A DNA stretch of 62,965 nt, filler included, from Basidiobolus ranarum (Eukaryota), in assembly GCA_040143965.1 (NCBI GenBank). It is 26 parts of 26 records of this genome, joined end to end, with 100 filler letters (N's around TTAATTAATTAA, not from the genome) between each part and the next. Parts side by side here need not be neighbours in the genome. Positions count along the whole stretch, not along the records: positions 53,394 to 55,712 come from JASJQH010003481.1; positions 55,813 to 58,130 come from JASJQH010003482.1; positions 58,231 to 60,548 come from JASJQH010003483.1; positions 60,649 to 62,965 come from JASJQH010003484.1; 22 more parts are not named here. The stretch is one strand, 5' to 3'. This document shows positions 53,955 through 62,965 of the stretch, piece by piece. Every line of letters starts with the position of its first letter. Positions within the stretch are counted from its first letter, which is position 1. The position numbers and the translations under genes were made by a program. Below the pieces are notes generated by a model, which did not search any database, was not told where the DNA came from, and was given only the letters and a program-made list of their open reading frames with translations.

Positions 53955-54723
53955 ATGGATCATAGTGGACATGATATGGGTGGTATGACAATGCCAATGC
54001 CCAGTAGTGGTGGTGGTGGTGGTGGCAGTGGTTTGGCATTGCCACCTCTCAATCCTTTGGACCCCATGTATAACGGTGGAATGAGTAGAGGTAGTAGCGG
54101 CGTGACTCCTTCTGGTGGTAGCGGTGGTGGCAATCCACTAAATCCCTCTCCACTTCCTCCTGCAGCTTGTGCAATGAATGTATTGTATGCCATATGTTTT
54201 CACCAAAGATCCGTATGGTTACTGAATTTCTTGCTTTTCAATCCTTTACACGTAGATGGTCTTCACTTGGGATTACAGCAATATGTGCTTGGTGTTCGAC
54301 AATTGGCAGGTTCGTTCTAGTGGTGGTTTGGTAGCTGCTTGTATCGTCACTTTTGCAATTGCTGTTGCTTATGAATTGATCCGGTGGGGGATTCGGGTCA
54401 CTGATCGACGCATCTTTAAAAATGAGAAAGCACTGAAAGATTCCAGCCACAAGAATGGGTTTTTTGTCTATACGTAGGTTACTCATAAATATATCGTAAA
54501 ATGCAGAAATAGATTCTAACAACTTCACAGTGTTCCTTGGGTGAAACAAATACTTCGCGCCCTTCTATATGCAATCCAAGTCCTTATATCCTTCTTTCTA
54601 ATGCTTATCATTATGAGCTACAACGGATATATAATGTTTAGTCTTGTTCTTGGTGCATTTGTTGGGTTTCTTCTATTCTGCAGAGATGGAATACATGGCT
54701 CGCAGTCTGCCGGTTGCCATTAA
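53955..54723 (+). CDS. Ctr copper transporter; exons about 53955-54179, 54256-54473, 54531-54723
   Basis: Met/His-rich N-terminus MDHSGHDMGGM, CAMN|MVFTW..LVFDNW, MxxxM (MLIIM), SYNG, C-terminal GCH. Confidence 0.93.
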
Positions 54724-55530
54724 GCCTTTTTTCTCCTAAGGCATTATTTCTCAATTTTAACAGAATTCTTAGTTCACTATGCAGCCATATCCATTTAAAC
54801 ATTACTTCATTAAAAGCCTCAAAGTTCGGCTAAAGTATCTAATTCCACCTTCATCTTTTATGTACATAACAATAAAGTCACTATGTATTCTTTACAAGAA
54901 CATCTGCGATTCAGTAAACGGATAGTCCTCATTCACGTGACCACCATATGCATGCCATTACGTTTCAAAATTCAATGATGAAGCAATGAATGGTGATATC
55001 AATTCAAACTAAACAAGCTTCCATCAGTTTTCCATCAGGCTACTATATTAGGGTAGATGAGGTCTAACGCAGAGTAACTCTTCTACCGGGTTTCCTTATT
55101 TGAGACGACACTATTGATAACTATACCCCAATACTTCTTTTCCACTGAATGGATGGTATGACATTAGATGCGTTTAATAGCCCAATACAGGTTTTTGGTG
55201 AAACAGAACGGTGGCGAATAACTTCTAGTTGATATCCTTAAACGTTCAGCCCCTTTAACTTGGCCTTGCCGATGACGAGTGAGTTTGATCTCAGGTGAGT
55301 TTTTGATTCTCGCTGATTTAACACACCTTTGATATTAATTCAATAAGTTTTAATAGATCGGGTGAGGAGCCTAATATCACTTCTGAGCAGATCGATTTGT
55401 TCGCACCATGTACTTGACTCGAGAGTCGAAATTCACTTAAATATGATTCCCTAGACTATCAATCGTACCGTTCCCTCTAAGTTTCTTTCACTTGTGGGAA
55501 GATACATCCTTACTAGACCTTTTCGTAAAA

Positions 55531-55712
55531 ATGGATCACAGTGGACACGACATGGGTGGCATGAACATGCCTAGCGCTGGTGGAAGCGGTAGTGGATTGG
55601 CATTACCACCATTAAACCCCCTTGACCCGATGAGCAACGCTGGTGGAAGCATGAGCGGTATGGATCACAGTGGGCACAACACAGGAATGTGTAGTATGCA
55701 AGTAAGTATACT
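55531..55712 (+). CDS. Second tandem Ctr copper transporter, first exon
   Basis: MDHSGHDMGGMNMP..LALPPLNPLDPM..MCSMQ followed by GTAAGT donor. Confidence 0.85.
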
Positions 55713-55812
55713 NNNNNNNNNNNNNNNNNNNNNNNNNNNNNNNNNNNNNNNNNNNNTTAATTAATTAANNNNNNNNNNNNNNNNNNNNNNNNNNNNNNNN
55801 NNNNNNNNNNNN

Positions 55813-56920
55813 TTTTAAAAAGTTTCGAGCCAAGATCTGAATTGGGTTTGGAATTAAGTTTTAATTATAGTTCTTATTTGAGTTCTAAATTAAACTTGTT
55901 GCAAAATTATTTTTAAAAACTTTTTAATCTCGGATATGAATTTGGTTTTGGTTTGGTTTTAAAAAGTTTCGAGCCAAGATCTGAATTGGGTTTGGAATTA
56001 AGTTTTAATTATAGTTCTTTTTCGAGTTCTAAATTAAACTTGTTGCGAAATTATTTTTTAAAAACTTTTTAATCTCGGATACGAATTTGGTTTTGGTTTG
56101 GTTTTGGGTTTAAAAAGTTTCGAGCCAAGATCTGAATTAAGTTCTAATTATAGTTCTAAATTAAAGTTTGTACGAAATAATTTTTTAAAAAGTTTTTAAT
56201 CTCGGATACGAATTTGGTTTTGGTTTGGTTTTGGGTTTAAAGAGTTTCGAACCAAGATCTGAATTGGGTTTGGAATTAAGTTTTAATTATAGTTCTTCTT
56301 CGAGTTCTAAATTAAACTTGTTGCGAAATAATTTTTAAAAACTTTTTAATCTCGGATACAAATTTGGTTTTAAAAAGTTTCGAGCCAAGATCTGAATTGG
56401 GTTTGGAATTAAGTTCTTATTATAGTTCTAAATTAAACTTGTTGCGAAATAATTTTTAAAAAAAACTTTTTAATCTTGGATACAAATTTGGTTTTAAAAA
56501 GTTTCTAACGAAAAAACAAATTAAGATCTTATCCAAGTTCCAAATTAAAGTTTGTACGAAATTATTTTTAAAAAAATTTTTAATCTCGGATATGAATTTG
56601 GTTTGAAAAAGTTTCTAACAAAGAAACAAATTAAGATCTTATTCAAGTTCCAAATTAAAGTTTGTATGAAATTATTTTTTAAAAAGTTTTTAATCTCGGA
56701 TACGAATTTGGTTTTGGTTTTGGTTTGGTTTGAAAAAGTTTCTAACGAAGAAACAAATTAAGATCTTATTCAAGTTCCAAATCAAAGTTTGTACGAAATT
56801 ATTTTAAAAAGTTTTGAGCCAAGATCCGAATTGGGTTTGGAATTAAATTCTTCTTCAAGTTCCAAATTAAAGTTTGTACGAAATAATTTTAAAAAGTTTT
56901 AAAACAGTTTCTAACAAAGG
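55813..56920. repeat. AT-rich tandem array of about 125-150-bp units, virus-like repeat family
   Basis: TTTTAAAAAGTTTCGAGCCAAGATCTGAATTGGG recurs at about 55813, 55957, 56108, 56236 and 56367; TAATCTCGGATACGAATTTGG in each unit. Confidence 0.92.
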
Positions 56921-56976
56921 AACATTGTTAAATTATTTTATGACAATCATGGGTTTTTAAAAATAAAATAGGTCTA

Positions 56977-58128
56977 TCATAGGTGATCAGTTGGAATCCT
57001 AAGAGTGCAATTATCTGTGCCAATAGTGTTGTTGTACATAACTTTTATGTCTCCCATAAGTTTGCAAGCCCTCCTGTTAAGATACCCTGTAGATGCGGTA
57101 CTAACACCAGTGTTAACAATTCCCTCCCTGGCTGCCATTTGATGAACAAAAAATTCATACGGGTTTAATCCTTTGACATATGAAGAAGTTATGTATCCAT
57201 TTTGTAATTGGTTGTCAAGGTCGTTAGAATATTTGTAGGGTAATTGGCATTTGACAGGTTCACCGTACATGTATTGTTGACCCAATTGTTCGCTGATTTG
57301 GGTGATGTTTAATTTGTTCCCCTTGGCCCCTGATGATACCATACTTTTGAGACCCTTACCTGGAAAGTGGCACTCTTTTGATATTGTGGATAACCCCCTC
57401 CAATGCAAATATCTAATGCATATCTTCTGCAGGTTAAAAACAAACTCGACTCCTTGTTTGGAAGTTAGTTTTTTTAGAATATTATTTAAAACAGATTTAG
57501 TAACAATCTCGTCGTTGTATACGGTACTATCACATCCATTTGGTATTGCCAAACGAAATAAATTTTTGCCAGAAAAACGTACATTTTTTGGAAATAGTGT
57601 CTGTTTGCAGAAGAAAAAGCAATCCATAAATATTTTGGGGGATATTGGTTCATCGTTTAGAGTCATGAGATATGATCCTGTGATAGTATCTTGGATAGGA
57701 GGCGGGGGTTTTGTGTTTGTGACTTCAAGTAAGACATTAAATTCGTGTTCTATGTTTGGAATGACAAAAATAATCATCTCGTCGCCATCGAAATCTGCGT
57801 TAAAAAATGGAGTTACCAAAGGATTAATATAAATGGTTTTGATGTTATCTTTTCTAACTTTAACTTTAAATCCCAAAACGGAAGTGCCAGTTAGGGAAGG
57901 TTGGCGGTTGAGAATTATTTCATCATCATCTGATAGCAATCTTTCGTAATTATGGTTTACAAAAATTAAGTCTGGGTCATCAATGAGAAAGTCGCTGTTG
58001 GGTAAAAACAGATTTTTTTTGTTGGAAAAGTATTTGTGGTTGTATTTGTGAATACGGATGGGGATACGAATGTTGTCAGAGATGTATTTGGGGATGAAGA
58101 TAGTATTGTAATCTAGATAGGGATCTCC
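56977..58128 (-). CDS. Multisubunit RNA polymerase largest subunit (Rpb1/beta'-like), compact, ending just after the bridge helix; 5'-truncated by contig edge
   Basis: Frame open from the contig edge: GDPYLD..IFIP, LNRQPSL, FNADFDGDEM, IQDT, MVSSGAKGN..QISEQLGQQ, GYITSSYVKGLNPYEFFVHQMAAREG..TASTGYLNRR. Confidence 0.95.
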   Translation of the reverse strand, partial: GDPYLDYNTIFIPKYISDNIRIPIRIHKYNHKYFSNKKNLFLPNSDFLIDDPDLIFVNHNYERLLSDDDEIILNRQPSLTGTSVLGFKVKVRKDNIKTIYINPLVTPFFNADFDGDEMIIFVIPNIEHEFNVLLEVTNTKPPPPIQDTITGSYLMTLNDEPISPKIFMDCFFFCKQTLFPKNVRFSGKNLFRLAIPNGCDSTVYNDEIVTKSVLNNILKKLTSKQGVEFVFNLQKICIRYLHWRGLSTISKECHFPGKGLKSMVSSGAKGNKLNITQISEQLGQQYMYGEPVKCQLPYKYSNDLDNQLQNGYITSSYVKGLNPYEFFVHQMAAREGIVNTGVSTASTGYLNRRACKLMGDIKVMYNNTIGTDNCTLRIPTDHL

Positions 58129-60000
58129 GGNNNNNNNNNNNNNNNNNNNNNNNNNNNNNNNNNNNNNNNNNNNNTTAATTAATTAANNNNNNNNNNNNNN
58201 NNNNNNNNNNNNNNNNNNNNNNNNNNNNNNGCTTTGGTTTCCTAAAGAGATATAGCATTGTAGCAGGAAAGTATAGTGGAAAATCATTATGTAGGCCTCA
58301 ATCAAAATAAGTAAAGTAGTCAAAATCTTGATTAATTCTCAATACATCCATACTCAAAGATATTCATTGAGAGCTCTAGACTTAAGACACTATGAATAAA
58401 GCTTCCATCATCTTTTGAATGTGCAATAATGTCTAAAAGTACTTTTCTCAAATATACCACAAAAGTAAAATAAACTGTTTCCAAAACGGTAAATAACATT
58501 GTGCCGGATAGTGCCCAATCATGCCAATTTGTGCTGGCACACTTTTTAGCTGGCCTGATCTGGCTCAATAAAATGGAACAAGTCTGTTAACTAGTTGCTT
58601 TTAAATGCTTCATTGATTGCAATAATGCTGCAATACATGGGCCTGTATAGCAACTTTGTAGTTTTTACATATGATCACATACAAATCATTATAGTGTTAT
58701 GCTTGAGATTCCCAGGTTGTAATGATTCTATCTAAATAGCCTATAGAGAGGTGTTCAATAGTTGGCAAAGTAAGCTTTTTGGTTGTTGATGGTCTTATTG
58801 GGGTGTCTGTTGAACTTTGCTCAACTATTGATTTACTATGTAGTTGGGGGATTAAAATCTCTTTACTTACACTATTGCAGGAAAGGAACACATCTGTTAA
58901 ATTGATTAATACTCCATCATTACTTGAGTTAGTTTACATCATGTTAGTGCCTTCCAAAGGGGTTAGTGGATTGCCAGACTGCTCATCAAATAAGTCCTCT
59001 GTTCTTGCTGGTTTTTTTACTTTTGGGCCAACAGGCTTTTGCTTGGAAGCCAATTTTGATTTCAATTTTGAACAATTTTTTAAAGGTATTGAAATACTTG
59101 GATGGTAAAGTGAATGTAATGAAATTGCTTAGATACAGCTTTTGATAAATCAAAATTCCGCCAATTACTGGAAATATCTTTTAAATCCCATAATGACCCA
59201 TATGTGACACTTTCTCATAAGCAGCTGATGCAATATATTGGCTATTCCTAAAATACCATCCTTATGTGGTGGGTGTTCTTTTCCTACAATATTCTTATGA
59301 TGCTGCAACTCAAATTTTAAAGAAGCCTTGCTATTATATTTGCAAATTTTTGTGCTACAAAAGCTGGTGACTTCATGGAAAAAAATTACCACAAGCATAG
59401 CCACTGTACAATCCCAGCAGCTGCACAAAGCCTGGTAAGTCTTAATAGTAATAAGTGCATAAAGTAACTTTAATTTGGCCCACTGAGTCTGTAGGCTGTG
59501 CTTTGTCTCAAAATTTGGTTAACACTGCTGAAAGTCAAGAGACCATGCTTTTACCATAGTTATGTGACCAGCTTGATGTAGGTAGTAGTGCAGGTTTTGT
59601 TGAATCAGTAAGTCCAGAAAACTTGGAAGACATGCTGCTAGATGTTGACCTTAGTGATTCCAGTACTGTGGTGGTATATAAGAAGATGAAGAGGAAGACA
59701 ATGGCTTGTTATGGAGTCTTTGTTATTGGCAATCATCAGTCCACTCATAATAATCCAGAGCTTGATCTAAAGTCTGTGGTTTGTCACAGAATGCTGCATA
59801 AGCATATACATCATCATTGGAAGTTTTCCACCAGTTTCCTGGCTTATTTCTCCATGTGGATGATCTTCTGTGTCCTGAATCATCTTTTGATGTAAAGGGG
59901 ATAAGGATTTTGCTTGAATAGGGCTCAGATACAGCTGGAATTTTGCAAGAAACTTCCTGAGTTGTGATGATGGTGTTTTTGGGATCATGGATGATGATTT

Positions 60001-60548
60001 TGTTGAAATAAGGTAAATAGCAACTCATTATTTAGTAGTTAGTTTATTCATATTCTGATTATTTAATACTCAATTCTGTCATTCAAAAATGTGTGTTTAT
60101 TGCTCTAATTGATAGAAATATCTATTAGATCACTTTTGCCAATTTTCACTATTTTCTCAAAACTTCTCCAAATCACCTCAAATTTTCACCCATGCTTAAC
60201 AGGCATGTTTGTTATGATCTAAGCACATCCAATATTCCTATTTCATAGTAAACTATAACTAGGACATTTTCAATTCAATAAAACTTAAGTGTCTAATTCA
60301 CAAATCCAAATCTTGTCCAAAACACTTCCAATTCCCCTAAACACTTTTATCAGGTTGTGAGCCCCAAGCTAGCTGTTAAAGGAATTTCTACCAGTACTAT
60401 TACCAACATTTTTGCATCCACAGAGAAGTTTGATGGTGAAGACTTTCACCTTTGGAAGTTCAAGATGCAAATGGTGCTAGAAGACATGGACCTTTGGGGA
60501 TTTGTTACAGGAGAAGAAATAGAGCCAAAAGGACCACCAGAAGCTATC
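60001..60548 (+). mobile_element. Copia family B LTR, PBS and gag start
   Basis: TGTTGAAATAAGG...TTTTATCA, GGTTGTGAGCCC, EKFDGEDFHLWKFKMQ. Confidence 0.9.
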
Positions 60549-60648
60549 NNNNNNNNNNNNNNNNNNNNNNNNNNNNNNNNNNNNNNNNNNNNTTAATTAA
60601 TTAANNNNNNNNNNNNNNNNNNNNNNNNNNNNNNNNNNNNNNNNNNNN

Positions 60649-61460
60649 TATTGGCAAGCAATAGTCCACTCATACACCCACAGTAAAGGAAGCAGCTTTG
60701 ATTATTGAGGACTGGTGTGTTCAATTCAATCGTAGTAACCAGGTGTTTATTGGTTCTTTTACACTTTTACCACAGTTGATTGGCAACTGTTCCTTGCCAC
60801 AGACCTGATACAAGTGAAAAACTCTTGTCAATTATATGGTTTGTAATCCATCAGTCATTAAGCTACCTTCATGTCCACATGGTTGTTGGGCTTTCACCAG
60901 TGATCTGAAAAACTTGAAGTCATGTACTTTTGTACCCAATTGAGAATTTCTGAATCAGGTCAATATCATTCATATTTGGCTTACATACCATTGATTCCCA
61001 TCTTAAAGTTTTGATGCGATCACTCAAATATAGATTGTTGATACAATACTGAAGTACTCACTGTAAGGCTAATGGCATTTGCCAATATACTTGATGGATA
61101 TCACTACCAGAATGTGAGAACTCAATATATGATCATGCATTAGTATTTGTTCTAGATGGTTTCTCACTAAACAAATATACCTTTGGAAAGGCTTGCTGGC
61201 CAATGATTTTAATCAACATAACTCTTCCTCCTTCTGAATGGTATAACAGTCATAATATTTTGATACTATCCATCATATCAGGACCTAAGATGCCAGTGCT
61301 AATAGATAGCCTCTTAGAGCCTTTGATTGCAGAATAGGAATGGTACTCTAGTGGGGTTAAGATGGGTAAGAATTTATTTAAAGCTAATAAAAATGTATGT
61401 ATTAGTGACACTCCATCCATCAGTAAACTTAGAGGTTTGCACAGGCACAATACTGATAGA
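60649..61460 (+). pseudogene. CMC/EnSpm tnp2 transposase relic
   Basis: Collinear with 13460-14230; CPHGCWAF, LDGF, ACWPMIL, DTPSISKLRG. Confidence 0.82.
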
Positions 61461-61469
61461 AGTGTGCTG

Positions 61470-62965
61470 GGGATTTGAAAGTGTTTTGGATAAGATTTAG
61501 AACTCTGAATCAAACACTTATGTTTCATTCAACTGAATATGTGCTATTTATAGTATACTATGGAATTAGACCATTTGATGTGCTTAGATCTTAACAAACA
61601 TGGTTGTTAAGCATGGGTGAAATTCTGAGGTGATTTGAAGAAGATTTAAAAAAATTGTGAAAATAAATAAAAGTGATCTAATTGATATTTCTATCAATTA
61701 GAGCAGTAAACACATGATTTTCAAAGACATAATTGAGTACTAAATAATCCAAATCTGAAAAAATTAACTACTAAACATTGAGTTGCTATTTACCTAATTT
61801 CAACATTCTCACTCTACTAATTATTTTTTATTTCTCTTGAACCTGTACCTTAATAACTCAAATCAAGCCTTAGCTACAGTTTAGTTAAGATGTCAGCAAT
61901 CATTTCTTCAGTAGGACAATAGACAAGTCCAATTATATCATTCTCTGTTGCTTATCTAACAAATTTATGCCTAATAACTCTAAGTGTTGTTCTAGCATGA
62001 AATGTAAGGTTTTTACCTAAGAAAATACAACATTTATTATCTTCAAATATAGTAATAGCATGCTTTTGCATGTATCCTAAGCCTGTAACTAAGTTCCTAA
62101 GCAATAAAGCTACTTGTGTAGTAGCAGAGGCAGCCAGATATTCTGCTTCTGTAGGGGAAAGTGCTATGGTTGGTTGCTTTGTACTATTCCAAGTTATGGC
62201 TCCATTACCATTGAGAAAAGTGTACCCAGCTGTAGATTGTCTATCATCAAGGTTTCTTCCCCAGTCTGTATTGCTGTAGCATTCAAAGTTTTGTGTATCA
62301 GGAGTGGCAGAGTATTCCTGAACTAGATCTGCAGAATGTCTCTCATATCTCAATATTGGTTTTGCTGCAGTTTTGTGCTCAGATCCTGGATTCTGAGATA
62401 TTGGCTAACAGTTCACAAAGCCACAGCAATGTCTGCACATGGTCCAACCATTGTATGCATTAAAGTACCTACCATGGAGTGATAAGGGAACTCCTGGCCT
62501 TGATTTGAGTCATTTTGGGCCATATTTTTTGAAATCTTGATTAACTTCATATTGGGATCCATTGGTGTTGATACAGGCTTGATATTCTCCATACTGAAGC
62601 ATTTTAGGATATTTAGAATCTATCTAGACTGATTTAGCAAGATTTTCTGATTGGGTTATTCTCTCTTGATTTGAATTCCTAGAAAATAACTTAATTCACA
62701 CATATCAGCCATCTAGAACTGGTTTGATAAGCTACTTTTCCTCTGATTAAGGGCTGCTAGATCATTTGCAGACATGACCAAGTCATCCACAGTTAGTGCC
62801 AAGATGAGGATCATATTTCTGGTTGTTTTGATATAAATACTGTGATCTGCAGTGCTTGTTAGGAATTCTAGGGATTCCAATTGGAAGCTATCTTGTTGGA
62901 CCATGCCCTGGGAGCTTGCTTGAGTTCATACATCAATTTATGCAGCAAACAGACCATATCAGGGT
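61470..62965 (-). mobile_element. Copia family B RT-RNaseH relic with 3' LTR (about 61470-61805)
   Basis: LTVDDLV, DWGRNLDDRQSTAGY, KQPTIALSPTEAEY, MIADILTK. Confidence 0.9.

Noticed and set aside
55813-56920. CRISPR array
   Set aside because: The units are degenerate tandem copies with no unique spacers, and there are no cas genes.
57302-57832. 176-aa plus-strand ORF (and similar antisense ORFs over CEF1 and TE relics)
   Set aside because: Shadow frames opposite well-supported genes, with no motifs of their own.
53955-58128. Ctr genes clustered with the RNA polymerase, or any cluster spanning spacers
   Set aside because: These are different contigs placed together only by size sorting.

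Overview
This is not contiguous DNA. It is 26 unrelated short contigs (about 2335 bp falling to about 2317 bp, size-sorted) joined by artificial 100-bp N-TTAATTAATTAA-N spacers, so adjacency across spacers means nothing. The source looks like an early-diverging fungus (short spliceosomal introns, fungal-type genes; Zoopagomycota/Mucoromycota is my inference). Most contigs are CpG-depleted, nested debris of at least four Ty1/copia families, a Ty3/gypsy element and a CMC/EnSpm (tnp2) DNA transposon. Host genes: MFS sugar transporter, serine racemase/dehydratase, PAC4/PSMG4, importin-beta, HSL-type esterase, CEF1/CDC5L, an RS-rich protein and two Ctr copper transporters. Three things stand out. 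(1) Three contigs (31586-33910, 41284-43607, 55813-58130) share a CpG-retaining AT-rich repeat family. They carry intronless virus-like genes, including a shortened RNA polymerase largest subunit that stops after the bridge helix, and an internal (TTTAGGG)n tract; this suggests a large DNA virus or virus-like element. (2) Three Fanzor1 (eukaryotic TnpB) relics together cover RuvC-I/II/III; two share an intron position and a conserved downstream non-coding motif that is a candidate omegaRNA end. (3) A copia LTR carries a full-length tRNA-like cassette just upstream of its PBS. All family assignments come from reading motifs by eye; no searches were run.
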